This document shows, piece after piece, positions 38,578 through 49,666 of a DNA stretch of 64,000 nucleotides. Under the pieces are notes generated by a model, which saw nothing but the letters and a program-made list of their open reading frames with translations, searched no databases and was not told where the DNA came from. Location: the NCBI GenBank assembly GCA_902787305.1, contig CADAFS010000002.1, positions 31,449-95,448 of the forward strand, in the 5' to 3' direction. How positions within the stretch are numbered: the first letter of the stretch is position 1; each line of letters opens with the position of its first letter. Position numbers and translations under genes: made by a program. The stretch comes from an uncultured Pseudomonadota bacterium (GTDB lineage: Bacteria > Pseudomonadota > Alphaproteobacteria > Rs-D84).

Positions 38578-40506
38578 ATGACTTTGATTGATATATGGAT
38601 TATGGTTGGTTCGGTGATTGGGGCATTGCTTGTTGGTGTATTGATTGCACTGTTCTTTATTTCCCGCCGGTCGCAACGCGTGATGCAATCCATGCTTGAT
38701 ATTATAACCGCGCCTGATCGTGCCAAGGTTGTTGATGCGTCGCGTGTTTTGCAAACGATAATGGCGGACGAAATTGCAAAAATATCCGGGTGTTTTGCCG
38801 AAATTCGCGACACATTAAAATCACAAATTGGTGTGGCGGAAAAATTACGCGGTGAACTTGCATCGCGTAACGAGGCATTGGTTAATATCGCAAATGATGC
38901 GGTTATGCGTGTTTCGCAAATGACCGACCGGGTTGATAATACGGTGACCGGGTTGCGTGGTGTCGTTGATTCTGACGCGTGGGGCGATGTTGCAAATGCA
39001 ACCGATCGGTTTGCCGCAACGGTTGGTGAAACACTTACAAAAATTACCGCAACGACCAAAGATTCATCCGACAAAATTGCGATGATTGATGAAAAGATTG
39101 CAAATTGGACCGAAAACACAACAAATCTTGCAAACGGGTTAAACGGTGCAATTGATACGGCGACGGAAAAATTTCAACAAATGACGAATGAATCCGATGG
39201 AATGAAAAATGAAATTTCTGAATTAGCAAAAAGTGCGGTCGAAGGTTTTGGAAATATCAAGACGGCCGCCACAAATTATGAAGGTGTTATGAATAATAAT
39301 AACAAGATATTGAACGCATATTTGACGAAACTTGAAACATTTGATAGGCAAAGCAAAAAGCAATTAACAAGCCAGATGAACACACTTACCAACACTGCGA
39401 ACATTGTCGGGGCCCAGGTTATGTTGACTGAATCTTCGGTTGAAAAACAATTACGAAAACTTACCGAAATTGTTGAAACGGTTATCAAAAGTGCAACCGA
39501 AACCGAAAGTTCTGTGCGTGGAATATCCAGTGAACTGTCCGGTCTTACCAATCATTTTGAAACAGAGATTAAAGAATTTGCGACCGATGTTGTTTCCGAA
39601 TTACAAACAGTGTCGGGTGTTGCAAATACGACACTAAAAGATACCAAGGCCGCGGCCGGTGCGTTTTCTGAATCGGTTAAATCCATGGCGACGGGTGTGC
39701 GCGAAACACTTATCGAAATGAATGCGGCGCATACGCAATTGTCTGGTCAATCCGAAGGACTTATCAAAATGTCGGTGGATACGACCGCACAGTTAAAGCC
39801 GTTATCTGAACTTATTGAAAAATATTATGCCACCCTGCCCGCGTTGGCGCAAAGTTCGGATGATGCGGGAATGCGCCTTGGGGCGATTGTTGCGGAATTA
39901 GATAAAAAGATTTCGGATATGCGCGATACGGTGGCGGGTGCAACGGAATCTGTTTCTGAATCTGCAACAAAACTTGATACATTGGCGGGTCAATCGCGTC
40001 AACAGATGATTGATTTAATGTCTGATTACGCCAAGGCCGTTGATACGATGCAGACACTCAACAAACAAATGGCGGTTGCACGCGCCGCCGCCCCGATGGA
40101 GGCGATTAGTACCGCGACCAAGGGCAACCCCATGCCCCGCGCAAGCAGCCATGATTTTTTGGCCCAGTCAACGCGTGAATTTGACAAAATGTATGAACAA
40201 ATGATCGACCTTACCCGCGCGATGGGCAACGATATTCCGGATGTTGTTTGGAAAAAGTATCATGATGGCGACAAAACGATTTTTGCAAAATGGATGGCCA
40301 AGGTTGTAAAGGCCGCAAATAAAAAACAAATTCGCGATTTGTTAAAGGCGGATTCCGTATTCCGTTCACAGGCCACACAATTCGTGCGTGCATTCGACCG
40401 CATTATTACCGCGGCAAAACAAACAGATACGGCGGACAAACTGACCGCCGCACTGATGAAAACCGATTTAGGAATTATATATTCCGCCCTTTCGGTCCAG
40501 GTTTAA
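38578..40506 (+). CDS. Membrane-anchored coiled-coil protein (hypothetical)
   Basis: N-terminal TM helix (IDIWIMVGSVIGALLVGVLIALFFI). ~550 aa Thr/Ala/Glu-rich alpha-helical repeats. No catalytic motifs. Confidence 0.5.
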   Translation: MTLIDIWIMVGSVIGALLVGVLIALFFISRRSQRVMQSMLDIITAPDRAKVVDASRVLQTIMADEIAKISGCFAEIRDTLKSQIGVAEKLRGELASRNEALVNIANDAVMRVSQMTDRVDNTVTGLRGVVDSDAWGDVANATDRFAATVGETLTKITATTKDSSDKIAMIDEKIANWTENTTNLANGLNGAIDTATEKFQQMTNESDGMKNEISELAKSAVEGFGNIKTAATNYEGVMNNNNKILNAYLTKLETFDRQSKKQLTSQMNTLTNTANIVGAQVMLTESSVEKQLRKLTEIVETVIKSATETESSVRGISSELSGLTNHFETEIKEFATDVVSELQTVSGVANTTLKDTKAAAGAFSESVKSMATGVRETLIEMNAAHTQLSGQSEGLIKMSVDTTAQLKPLSELIEKYYATLPALAQSSDDAGMRLGAIVAELDKKISDMRDTVAGATESVSESATKLDTLAGQSRQQMIDLMSDYAKAVDTMQTLNKQMAVARAAAPMEAISTATKGNPMPRASSHDFLAQSTREFDKMYEQMIDLTRAMGNDIPDVVWKKYHDGDKTIFAKWMAKVVKAANKKQIRDLLKADSVFRSQATQFVRAFDRIITAAKQTDTADKLTAALMKTDLGIIYSALSVQV

Positions 40507-40508
40507 CG

Positions 40509-41159
40509 CTATCCGTGACGCTGTTGCGTTTCGTGTTCCTTTTGATGCATAAGTTTCATAAGCTCATAATCTGAATATAGTGCACCAATATATCGAACCA
40601 GGTCTGGGTCATAATTGTTGCAACGTGGTTGTAATATAAAATCAGGTTTGTGTCCCAACGATTTGAAAATATCAAAAATATTGCATGTATTTTGTGTGCG
40701 AACCTTTTCATCATCCGGCATATTTGCACGTTTTTTAATGATATCGTCGTCAACAGGCGGGACAAACCAGGCGGTTTTAATATTATAATCAGATGCGAAC
40801 TTTTGGGCATTAATCCAATCTATCATTTGTTGTGCATAATGCGGTTCAATAACATCATAAATCAAATTTTCGCCAATATGATTGAGAATTTCAAATTCCG
40901 GGACCCCATAAAGCCATTTGGGTTTACCAGATTCCGCTGTCCATAAATCTTGATTGACCCAAAGTTTTGTTACCAATTTTTCGGAATTAAATTTAGTTTC
41001 ATCCACAAAAAAATATTTTTCACCTTCTTTCTCTTCTTTGCGTTTTGTGCGCGTTGTATATGAACGCAGGTTATAAAACAAACCATCGGGTAAATTATTA
41101 ATCCATGTTGTTTTACCAGAACCAGATTCACCAATACAGCAAAGTAATAATCTTTTCAT
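40509..41159 (-). CDS. Guanylate kinase-like P-loop nucleotide kinase (divergent)
   Basis: GESGSGKTT P-loop. SYTTRTKRKEEKEGEKYFFV matches Gmk S-x-TTR-x-x-R ... Y-x-FV NMP-binding segment. Divergent LID/C-terminus. AT-rich. Confidence 0.45.
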   Translation of the reverse strand: MKRLLLCCIGESGSGKTTWINNLPDGLFYNLRSYTTRTKRKEEKEGEKYFFVDETKFNSEKLVTKLWVNQDLWTAESGKPKWLYGVPEFEILNHIGENLIYDVIEPHYAQQMIDWINAQKFASDYNIKTAWFVPPVDDDIIKKRANMPDDEKVRTQNTCNIFDIFKSLGHKPDFILQPRCNNYDPDLVRYIGALYSDYELMKLMHQKEHETQQRHG

Positions 41160-41175
41160 ATTTTTCTCCTTTGGT

Positions 41176-41204
41176 TAAAAAAAACGGTCACCAAAAAGGT
41201 GACC
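41176..41204 (-). terminator. rpoD terminator (cggtcacc-ttttt-ggtgaccg + T-run on minus strand)
   Basis: 8-bp perfect stem immediately 3' of rpoD stop. Confidence 0.7.
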
Positions 41205-41211
41205 GTGGTTA

Positions 41212-43293
41212 TCAATCTTCCAAAAAGCTGCGTAGTTTGCGCGCCCGCGTTGGGTGCTTTAACTTATTCAGTGCCTTTTGTTCAATCTGTCTTATACGTT
41301 CGCGTGTAACCCCGATATATTCACCAACCTCTTCCAAGGTGCTGGTTTTATTCGTACTCATCCCGAAACGTTGACGCAGGACGGTTTCTTCCTTGGGGTC
41401 CAATTCAGACAAAATCTGTGTCACAATTTTACGCAGATTCTTTTGCGCCGCCGAAGTGAACGGATTTTTCGCCGTTTCGTCCGCAATTATTTCCATACGC
41501 GAACTATCGTCTTCGGTACCGACGGGGGCCTCCAAAGAAATTGGACGGACATTGACCTTCATTGCCTTGTGAATTTTGTCCACCGGCAAATATATTATTT
41601 TGGATAATTCTTCGGCGGTGGGTTGACGGCCGTATTTATGCATAAATTGGCGCGATGCGCGTTGAATTTTATGTATGTTATCAATCATATGCACTGGGAT
41701 ACGAATTGTGCGTGCCTGGTCCGCGATGCTGCGCAGTATCGCCTGTTGAATCCAATTGGTGGCATAGGTTGAAAATTTATTGCCCAAACGATAATCGAAT
41801 TTATCAACCGCCTTCATAAGTCCGATATTGCCGTCTTGAACCAAATCGGAAAAATCAAGCCCCAAGCCCCTATTACTGCTCTTTTTTGCAAATTTTATAA
41901 CAAGACGCAAATTCGCCTCTATCATTTCGCGTTTTGCACGTGCGGCCTCGGTCTGGCCACGGCGAACAAGTTCGACAACCTTTTTATATTCGGCGGTCGG
42001 TTGCCCGGTTTCATCGGCGATTGCGGTTATTTCAGATTGAATTTTTAATATATCGTCGCCATGCTTTTTTGCAAAATTGACCCAATTTTGGTTTTTATGC
42101 TTTAACAGTTTTTTTACCCAGTTGCGATTCAATTCGTTGCCAATATATTCGGCCAAGAAATCTTCACGTTTAATCTTGTTCGCAAGCGCAAGACGCAACA
42201 GTTTCCCTTCTAGTCCCATTAGCAACTGGTCGCGTTCGGTAAGACGGTCCATAATTTCCGCGATACGGTCATCGTTCATGCGAATCTTGCTAACACTTTC
42301 AAAGAGTGTAAGGCGCATTTTGTTGTATTTTGTTTCCAATTCTTCGTCCGGTTTCGACGAAGTCAGCAATTTTTCCATACGCATCGCCTGCAATTTTTGC
42401 ATACTGTTAAATGTGCGTTTTATTTTTGCAAACAATTCGGTAATTGTCGGCATCAGTGCTTCTTCCATAACCGGAATTGGCACGCCGGATGTACTGCGCG
42501 GGCTATCATCGCGCTTTATCTCTTCGTCATCTTCGTCTTCTTCACTCTCGTCATCCATATCGTCTTCAACGGATGGTTCGGTTAAATCTTCGAAATCTTC
42601 ATCGGAAAGGTCATCAACCTGCTCTACACCCTTGGACTTTAATGTTTCGGAAAGCGCCGCCACCGATTTTTGTTCGGATTCACTGGAATACATCGCTTCG
42701 AGATTTATTATATAGCGCAAACGAACGTCTTCGTTCAATAATTGTTGATACCAATCAAGCATCGCCTGAATTGTCATTGGGCTTTCGCAAAGGCCATAAA
42801 TCATTAAACGGGATGCGGCCTCTATGCGTTGGGCGATTGCAACCTCGCCCGCGGCGGTTAGTAATTGCACCGTGCCGATTTGTTTTAAATATGATTGGAC
42901 GGAATCTTGGACACCCAAAACAAGTGTGCCGGTTTGACTACGTTCCAATTGCTTGGCATAATGTTCGTAATCTTCATCGTTATCCACCTGTTCCGCATCA
43001 TTATTTAGCAAATTGCGATATTTTTCCGCATTTTCGTCGGAATCGTCATCATAATACCGTTCTATATCCTTTTGATAATTACCGGTCTCTAAAACCTCTA
43101 GTCCCAAGTCCTGTTTAAAGAAATCAAGGACTTCTTGGTGTTCTTCTTCGGGAATTTCATCAGAACCGCAGGCGGCATTAAAATCCATTTGTGACAAATA
43201 CCCGTTTTCCATCGAAGAAACCGCAAGTTTTTGCAGATTTTCCGGCAACGAATCAACCAATAACCTTGTTGCATCATCAAGTTTTTTGGACAT
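41212..43293 (-). CDS. rpoD: RNA polymerase sigma factor RpoD (sigma-70)
   Basis: 693 aa. Regions 2-4 canonical, C-terminus ...[38 protein letters not shown]. Confidence 0.95.
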   Translation of the reverse strand: MSKKLDDATRLLVDSLPENLQKLAVSSMENGYLSQMDFNAACGSDEIPEEEHQEVLDFFKQDLGLEVLETGNYQKDIERYYDDDSDENAEKYRNLLNNDAEQVDNDEDYEHYAKQLERSQTGTLVLGVQDSVQSYLKQIGTVQLLTAAGEVAIAQRIEAASRLMIYGLCESPMTIQAMLDWYQQLLNEDVRLRYIINLEAMYSSESEQKSVAALSETLKSKGVEQVDDLSDEDFEDLTEPSVEDDMDDESEEDEDDEEIKRDDSPRSTSGVPIPVMEEALMPTITELFAKIKRTFNSMQKLQAMRMEKLLTSSKPDEELETKYNKMRLTLFESVSKIRMNDDRIAEIMDRLTERDQLLMGLEGKLLRLALANKIKREDFLAEYIGNELNRNWVKKLLKHKNQNWVNFAKKHGDDILKIQSEITAIADETGQPTAEYKKVVELVRRGQTEAARAKREMIEANLRLVIKFAKKSSNRGLGLDFSDLVQDGNIGLMKAVDKFDYRLGNKFSTYATNWIQQAILRSIADQARTIRIPVHMIDNIHKIQRASRQFMHKYGRQPTAEELSKIIYLPVDKIHKAMKVNVRPISLEAPVGTEDDSSRMEIIADETAKNPFTSAAQKNLRKIVTQILSELDPKEETVLRQRFGMSTNKTSTLEEVGEYIGVTRERIRQIEQKALNKLKHPTRARKLRSFLED

Positions 43294-43317
43294 AAAAAAC
43301 CCTTATGATTTTTTAAT

Positions 43318-43968
43318 TTATTTCTTTTTCTTGGTTTTTGTGGCCTTTGCGCTTTCCTTGGCGGCCTTGGCAATCGCATCGTGCAACGCAGATTCAGAAA
43401 CAAGCCCCAACACAATCGGGCTTTGAATTTGAATTTCCGTATAACTTTTATGCGTTTTATTACGGACAGATGCAACCGTGTTGTTCGTACTGCGCATAAG
43501 GCGGGCAATTTGTCCATCGGTCAATTCAGGGCAATTTTTCAAAATCCACAAAATTCCCCCAAGACGGTTTTGGCGCAAAATCTTTGGCGTATAACCAATT
43601 CCCTTTTTGTTTTGGGCATTTTGCGCACGAACAATGCTTTCTTGAAGTGTAAGACGCGCCGTCGGGTCAGATTCGCAAAGTGCAATATCTTCGCGTGTGA
43701 CCTGACCATTTAAAATGGGATTCAGACCTTGAATCTTTTGGGTTTCGGCATCGGCGATGTTTTTAACCTCTAACTCATGCAGGCCGCAAAAGTCGGCAAT
43801 CTGTTCAAAGGTCAGTGCGGTGTTTTCAATCAACCACAACGCAGTAGATTTCGGCATATACGGGTAATTCATAGGGTATCCTCTTTGTATTCTGTGACTA
43901 AATATAGCACAACCGGCACCATATTCAAGCGGTTTTTTGTAAAAAATTTTTAGAGTTTTACATCCCAA
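43318..43968 (-). CDS. DUF1013-like conserved alphaproteobacterial protein
   Basis: MPKSTALWLIENTALTFEQIADFCGLHELEV... pattern recalled for DUF1013. Lys-rich C-terminus. Confidence 0.4.
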   Translation of the reverse strand: MGCKTLKIFYKKPLEYGAGCAIFSHRIQRGYPMNYPYMPKSTALWLIENTALTFEQIADFCGLHELEVKNIADAETQKIQGLNPILNGQVTREDIALCESDPTARLTLQESIVRAQNAQNKKGIGYTPKILRQNRLGGILWILKNCPELTDGQIARLMRSTNNTVASVRNKTHKSYTEIQIQSPIVLGLVSESALHDAIAKAAKESAKATKTKKKK

Positions 43969-45383
43969 ACGGTTCCAGTGGGGGTATCGCGAATACTTAA
44001 CCCCATTGCTAGTAATTCATCGCGCACCGCGTCCGAACGCGCAAAGTCGCGTTCCTGTTTCGCGCGCGCGCGTTCGGCAATACGTTCGTTTATGAAATCT
44101 TCGCTTATGTCTTTGGCACGCAAAAATTCCATTTTTGTATCAGCCACATATTTTGTCGCATCCTGTTGCAAGATATTCAGCACCCCGAACAATTTCACAA
44201 TATGTTCACCGATTGCATTCAAATCGTATGTTGGTTGTGGTTTGCGCAATTCGGCATCAATAAAATCAAACCACCCGAACGCATTCGCGATAAGGTGCGA
44301 TGTATTAAAATTGTCGTCCATCGCGCTTTCAAATTCCGCTGTGATTTCGGCAATTTTTTGTGCCGTTTTTGTGTCATCAACCTTTGATTTATCCGCGTCT
44401 TTTGCGGCGGCAAGTGTTGAATACATACGGTAAACGTGCCTGTGCGCCACTGGGAAAAAGTCATCCGTTATATCAATATCGTTTGAATATGTATTTCGGA
44501 GTAATGCAAACCTTATTGTGTCGGCATCATATTGTGCCAACATATCACGCAATAATATGCCGTTTCCCAATGATTTGCTCATTTTTTGACCGTTTATCTT
44601 TACCAATCCGCAATGTACCCAATATTTTGCGAACGGTTTGCCGGTCACAGATTCCGTTTGGGCGATTTCGTTTTCGTGGTGCGGGAAAATCAAATCGCGA
44701 CCGCCACCGTGAATATCAATCTGTTCCCCGAGGAAACGCATGTTCATCGCACTGCATTCAATATGCCAACCGGGGCGCCCGCGCCCCCACGGCGATTCCC
44801 AGTAAATTTCCCCGGGCTTTGCCGATTTCCACAATGCAAAATCAAGTTCATTTTGCTTACCCGGTTCAGTGTCTTTACGCACCGCAATTTCATTTTTATC
44901 CAAATTTATGTGTGACAATTTTCCGTATCCCGGAAAAGTGTCCAATTTGAAATATACATCACCGGTATCGGCAACATATGCATGACCGCCATCTATCAAT
45001 TTTTTGATAAATTCTATGATGTCGTCAATACACCGTGTTGCGCGTGCCATAACGGTTGGCCGATTATTACCCAATGCATCCATTTGCGCATCGGTTGTGA
45101 CAATATGTTCTTCGGCAAACTGCATCGGGTCCACACCGATGGCGTTGGCATTTTTAATTATATTATCATCAACATCGGTATAATTACGAACATATGTCAC
45201 ATCATAACCCCGATATGCCAAATAGCGGGTTATTACATCAAAAACCACCGATTGGTAGGCGTGCCCAACATGTGCATCGCCGGAAACAGTAATTCCACAG
45301 GCATACATTTTAACCGCCCCCGGGGTCAGTGGGACAAATTCTTCCTTTTGCCGTGACATAACATTATAAATTCGAAGTGACAT
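43950..45383 (-). CDS. cysS: Cysteine--tRNA ligase
   Basis: HIGH-type motif ([10 protein letters not shown]), KMSKSLGN, Zn-binding Cys residues. Confidence 0.9.
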   Translation of the reverse strand: MSLRIYNVMSRQKEEFVPLTPGAVKMYACGITVSGDAHVGHAYQSVVFDVITRYLAYRGYDVTYVRNYTDVDDNIIKNANAIGVDPMQFAEEHIVTTDAQMDALGNNRPTVMARATRCIDDIIEFIKKLIDGGHAYVADTGDVYFKLDTFPGYGKLSHINLDKNEIAVRKDTEPGKQNELDFALWKSAKPGEIYWESPWGRGRPGWHIECSAMNMRFLGEQIDIHGGGRDLIFPHHENEIAQTESVTGKPFAKYWVHCGLVKINGQKMSKSLGNGILLRDMLAQYDADTIRFALLRNTYSNDIDITDDFFPVAHRHVYRMYSTLAAAKDADKSKVDDTKTAQKIAEITAEFESAMDDNFNTSHLIANAFGWFDFIDAELRKPQPTYDLNAIGEHIVKLFGVLNILQQDATKYVADTKMEFLRAKDISEDFINERIAERARAKQERDFARSDAVRDELLAMGLSIRDTPTGTVWDVKL

Positions 45384-45503
45384 AATATAAAACCTTTCGT
45401 TGTCCGTATATCATATAACAATAAATAATTTTTTGCAACCGTATAAAAAATACTTTGAAAATCTGTTGATATTTGTTAAAATTCCTAAAAAGGAGCCTGT
45501 ATT

Positions 45504-46676
45504 ATGAATCGTAAAAAATTATTTCTTGGGGGGGTGATTGCATTATTGTGTGTCGGTGGCGCATCGTATTGGCGGTATTCAGAATCGCGTTTGAACAAGA
45601 TGATTGGTCAAATGATAATGACCGGATTCCATGGTGACGGTGTGGGTGAAAATGCCGAAGGCTTTGCCGCAATTGAAAATCAGGTTAAAAGTGGCCATGT
45701 CGGTGGCATTATATTGTTTGATGTCGATGTTTCCGGCCTTGTTGCCCAAGGTATGACCATACCAGAGGCGAAAAAACATATCTTTTCTTCGAATATTAAA
45801 AATATGGACCAGGTTAAACAATTGACGACGCACCTGCAATCGATTGCGCCAGAACCGTTGCTTGTTGCGGTTGATCAAGAAGGTGGCAATATTCAACGCC
45901 TTAAACCGGAACACGGTTTTGCACCAATTCCGTCGGCCAAGGAACTTGGGACGGGTGATGCGGAAACAACATATAAAATCGCATATGATTTAGGCATGCG
46001 TTTGGCGGATTTGGGAATCAATGTTGATTTTGCGCCGGTTCTGGACGTTGATGTAAATCCGGAATCGCCCGCGATTGGGGCCTTGGCGCGCAGTTTTTCG
46101 TCCGATCCGGCGATTGTCACGGAACATGGACGCGCGTTTGCGGCCGGTTTAAATGATGCCGGTATTATCAGTTCGGACAAGCACTTTCCCGGTCATGGTA
46201 GTGCAGGTGGGGATTCACATAACGGGCTTACAGATGTGTCGAAGACGTGGCAACCCTATGAATTGGAACCGTATAAGAAGTTGTTAAAAGACGCGTCACC
46301 TTGCGCAACGGTGATGGTGGCACATGTTGTCAACCAGAATATTGACACCCTGCCCGCGTCGCCGTCGGCAAAGACGATTCAAATGATACGCGACATGGGT
46401 TTTGGTGGCGTGATTGTTTCGGATGATATGGACATGGGCGCAATTGTCGAACAATTTGGTTTTGAAGAAGCAATCGAAAAAGCACTAAATACCGGAAATG
46501 ATATTCTGATATTTGGGAATAATTTAAGTTATGATAAAAATAAGGGCGAAAAAGTTCATAAAACCATACGAAAACTTGTTCGCGAAGGTAAAGTAAAAAA
46601 ATCGCGAATCAAAGAATCTTATAAACGTATTATGGAAATGAAAAAGTGCCTTGAAAAACAAGACCGTGTTAAGTAA
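45504..46676 (+). CDS. nagZ: Beta-N-acetylhexosaminidase NagZ-like (glycoside hydrolase family 3)
   Basis: N-terminal signal/anchor. VAVDQEGGNIQRL, KHFPGHGSAGGDSHNG are GH3 catalytic motifs. Confidence 0.8.
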   Translation: MNRKKLFLGGVIALLCVGGASYWRYSESRLNKMIGQMIMTGFHGDGVGENAEGFAAIENQVKSGHVGGIILFDVDVSGLVAQGMTIPEAKKHIFSSNIKNMDQVKQLTTHLQSIAPEPLLVAVDQEGGNIQRLKPEHGFAPIPSAKELGTGDAETTYKIAYDLGMRLADLGINVDFAPVLDVDVNPESPAIGALARSFSSDPAIVTEHGRAFAAGLNDAGIISSDKHFPGHGSAGGDSHNGLTDVSKTWQPYELEPYKKLLKDASPCATVMVAHVVNQNIDTLPASPSAKTIQMIRDMGFGGVIVSDDMDMGAIVEQFGFEEAIEKALNTGNDILIFGNNLSYDKNKGEKVHKTIRKLVREGKVKKSRIKESYKRIMEMKKCLEKQDRVK

Positions 46677-46696
46677 ACGTTGATTTTCCTAATCTC

Positions 46697-47617
46697 TTAA
46701 TTTTCTGTGTCATCCGAAAGCGGATGGCACTTTTCATATATATTCATAATTTCGGACATATTTACCTTGGTATAAAGTTGTGTTGTGGAAAGTGATGAAT
46801 GCCCAAGTAATTCTTGCAAACTGCGCAAATCCGCCCCGTCCGACAATAGTGCCGTTGCAAATGTATGGCGCAACGCGTGTGGCGTGACATAATCCGGCAA
46901 TTGCAGAAACGCACGCACTTTTTCGATAACCTTTTCCGCCATACGCGCCGACATAGGCAGACCCCGCACACTGCGGAATAATTCATCGTTCGCCGCGTTC
47001 CCGAACGGGCGCAACGCAATATATTTTTCAATCGCACGATTGACGGCGGGAAGTACCGGCACAATTCGTTCCTTGGAACCCTTGCCCATAATGCGCAACG
47101 CGCCGGGGGCGCCGGCGATGTCGCAATTCTTTAAAGATAACGCCTCTGATATACGCAGGCCGCACCCGAACAGTAATGTCACCAATGCCCAATCGCGCGC
47201 GGCAATCCATGGTTCGTTTTCATCGATTGCGTTTATCGCGCCATGCATATCGTCAACGTCCGACGGTTCAATTGCCTTGGATAATTTTTTGGGGATTTTG
47301 GGTGAAGATATTAAATCAATCGCTTCGTTTTTTATGCCGTGATATTTGGCGATGTACTTAAATAACCCGCGCACCGATGACAACGCCCGCGCCGTCGATT
47401 TGAACGAAAGTTCGCGCCGTTGCCGGTCGGCAAGCCACGAACGAAATGCGATTGTGTCGATTGTTGCAAAATCGCCACGCGCGGGTGCCGCACCCGAAAA
47501 ACGCGTCATAAATTCCATAAAATCCGCAATATCCGACCGGTACGCAATCGCCGTGTGCGCTGAATAATTCTTTGTCGCGGTCAGGTATTCAATAAATTCG
47601 TCGATTATATCCTGCAT
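46697..47617 (-). CDS. Tyrosine recombinase XerC/XerD family
   Basis: N-terminus ...YLTATKNYSAHTAIAYRSDIADFMEFM. C-terminus HALRHTFATALLSDGADLRSLQELLGHSSLSTTQLYTKV. Confidence 0.85.
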   Translation of the reverse strand: MQDIIDEFIEYLTATKNYSAHTAIAYRSDIADFMEFMTRFSGAAPARGDFATIDTIAFRSWLADRQRRELSFKSTARALSSVRGLFKYIAKYHGIKNEAIDLISSPKIPKKLSKAIEPSDVDDMHGAINAIDENEPWIAARDWALVTLLFGCGLRISEALSLKNCDIAGAPGALRIMGKGSKERIVPVLPAVNRAIEKYIALRPFGNAANDELFRSVRGLPMSARMAEKVIEKVRAFLQLPDYVTPHALRHTFATALLSDGADLRSLQELLGHSSLSTTQLYTKVNMSEIMNIYEKCHPLSDDTEN

Positions 47618-47620
47618 ATC

Positions 47621-48391
47621 TTATTTTATTTCAAAGATTGCGGAAACGCGGACGGAAACATCGGTATCCTTGCCCGTTATTGCACCACCGGCATAGCCCG
47701 CGCCGGCGTCCATCGTCATCATTTCCGCCTTGGCCAATCTAAAATTTGCGGTTGGTGCGGTATATGTGCCACCATTTGTATAAGATACCGCAAGTAATTT
47801 GCCAGCCCGTTTTCCAACGCCCGCGGCAAGGCCGTTTGCGCGGTCACGCGCGTTTTCCACCGCGGTCCCAAGGCATGATTCCAAAACCGGTTTCATCGTT
47901 TCGGTGGATGTAAACATACGCAGGTTTGTCACAAAAACATCTTCGGCACCGGCAAATTTGTTCAGGACGGTTTCAATCGTGTCAATATCATTCGCCGACA
48001 CGTCCAGTGCAATTGTCGTTTCAATTCCGATAAATTCAGATTTTTGTTTCGTGTGGTTCCATTCGGATTTTTCATATGAATTAAATTCACTGGTTTGCAC
48101 CTTAACATCCAATGTTTTTAGAAACGCGTTCATTTCCGCAACCTTGGCCGATGCAATTTTCATAGATTTTGCCGCGGATTTATCCGTCACACTTACGCGC
48201 AGTGTTATCGCCGTCCTATCCTTTGGCACACTTGTCAGGCATTCGCCGTCAACACTAATTGTTCGGGGTTCCGCAAAACGGTCAATTGCAACCCAGCCCA
48301 ACACCAACACGCACACGGCCGCAACCGCGCACCCAAGTAATTTATTATTCATTTTCTTTTCTCCTTTCTTTTTCATTTTATTTTTTCCCAA
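47621..48391 (-). CDS. SIMPL/DUF541-like periplasmic protein (BP26-like)
   Basis: Signal peptide. Sequence pattern consistent with SIMPL domain proteins. Family guess. Confidence 0.45.
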   Translation of the reverse strand: MGKNKMKKKGEKKMNNKLLGCAVAAVCVLVLGWVAIDRFAEPRTISVDGECLTSVPKDRTAITLRVSVTDKSAAKSMKIASAKVAEMNAFLKTLDVKVQTSEFNSYEKSEWNHTKQKSEFIGIETTIALDVSANDIDTIETVLNKFAGAEDVFVTNLRMFTSTETMKPVLESCLGTAVENARDRANGLAAGVGKRAGKLLAVSYTNGGTYTAPTANFRLAKAEMMTMDAGAGYAGGAITGKDTDVSVRVSAIFEIK

Positions 48392-49379
48392 GTGTCACAC
48401 GCCGAACGCGCGATAAAGTTTTGTCGGCAATTTTCCGCGCGATTTCCGCACCATTTGCCAGCGCCACATCCAATTCATCGCGGTGCGACATCAGGTATTC
48501 GTATTTTTCGCGCATTGGCGCCAACACCGAATCCATTTTTTCGAACAGCATTGTTTTCGCCGTGCCGTATCCCATGCCGCCCGCACGAAACATTTCGGCA
48601 AATTTTTCGGTTTCTGTCGCATCCGCAAAGTGCCGATAAAGTCCAAAAATCGTTGAAGTTTCTGGATCTTTTGGTTCCGCCGGTGTTTTGCTGTCGGTAA
48701 TGATGCGCATTATTTTTTTCTTTAATTCCACCGAATTCGCCATAAGTGGAATTACATTATCATAAGATTTACTCATCTTCCGGCCATCAAGCCCCGGGAT
48801 AATTCCCGCATCGGGGGAAATTTGCGCATCCGGCAATTTTAAAACATTACCATAAATCGTATTAAAGTGTCCGGCAATATCGCGCGCAAATTCAACATGC
48901 TGTTTCTGGTCCGCGCCGACAGGAACAACATCCGCCCCATAAAGCAATATATCCGCCGCCATCAAAATCGGGTAAGTATAAAGTCCCATATTTACACCGG
49001 CGTCCGCATCCGCGCCCGCCGCCGTATTACGGTCAACCGCCGCCTTGTACGAATGCGCGCGGTCCATAAGTCCCTTGGGCGTGACATTGGTAAGAATCGT
49101 CGACAATTCGCAAACCGCCGGCACATCCGATTGCCGAAACAGCAAGACATTATCCATATTTACCCCAATCGACATAATAATTGCGGCGATTTCATAGGTA
49201 TGTTTGCGCACCAAATCGGCATCGTGCATAATGTTTAGCGCGTGCAAATCCGCGACAAAAACGATTGTCTTGTGCGTTGCCGAAATATCGCGAATTTGAC
49301 GCAAGGCACCGATATAGTTGCCCAAATGCACCGTTCCGGTCGGCTTTATTCCTGTTAAAAATACTTTCGATTCAGACAT
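48378..49379 (-). CDS. trpS: Tryptophan--tRNA ligase
   Basis: TGIKPTGTVHLGNYIGA (HIGH-like), KMSKS, class-I TrpRS length 333 aa. Confidence 0.9.
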   Translation of the reverse strand: MSESKVFLTGIKPTGTVHLGNYIGALRQIRDISATHKTIVFVADLHALNIMHDADLVRKHTYEIAAIIMSIGVNMDNVLLFRQSDVPAVCELSTILTNVTPKGLMDRAHSYKAAVDRNTAAGADADAGVNMGLYTYPILMAADILLYGADVVPVGADQKQHVEFARDIAGHFNTIYGNVLKLPDAQISPDAGIIPGLDGRKMSKSYDNVIPLMANSVELKKKIMRIITDSKTPAEPKDPETSTIFGLYRHFADATETEKFAEMFRAGGMGYGTAKTMLFEKMDSVLAPMREKYEYLMSHRDELDVALANGAEIARKIADKTLSRVRRVTLGKK

Positions 49380-49454
49380 TTTATAACCTGCTCTGCTTAT
49401 TTGCGTTATTATAATCCATTTTTATGTAAAAAGCAACCAATCAACACAAAGCGG

Positions 49455-49612
49455 TGCCACGGGGCTTGATGTGAAGAAAACTACCCCGTCACGCTTCGCC
49501 CCCCCTTCACACAGTGAAGGAAACTACCCCACCGGCTTCGCCGGTCCCCCCCTTCACACGGCGAATCACCCACGCAAAACTTTGTTTTGCCTGGGGCCCG
49601 ATGTGAAGGGGA
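49455..49612. repeat. Structured repeat region: two tandem ~42-bp units (gaaaactacccc..cttcgcc..ccccccttcacac) plus inverted gatgtgaag / cttcacac arms
   Basis: Units at 49475-49510 and 49519-49558. ccccttcaca (49501) is the reverse complement of tgtgaagggg (49601). Lies in the trpS 5' leader / rpsD 3' region. Confidence 0.55.
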
Positions 49613-49619
49613 ACTAAAA

Positions 49620-49650
49620 ATCCGCCGGGTGGCGGACTTTTGATTTTTTT
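49620..49650 (-). terminator. rpsD terminator (tccgccacccggcgga + T-run on minus strand)
   Basis: Hairpin + T7 immediately 3' of the rpsD stop. Confidence 0.7.
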
Positions 49651-49666
49651 CCAAATGATTCCAATA

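Noticed and set aside
49455-49612. Possible CRISPR array because of repeated ~40-bp units
   Set aside because: Only two adjacent units with no intervening unique spacers and no cas genes nearby. Better explained as a tandem/inverted structural repeat.
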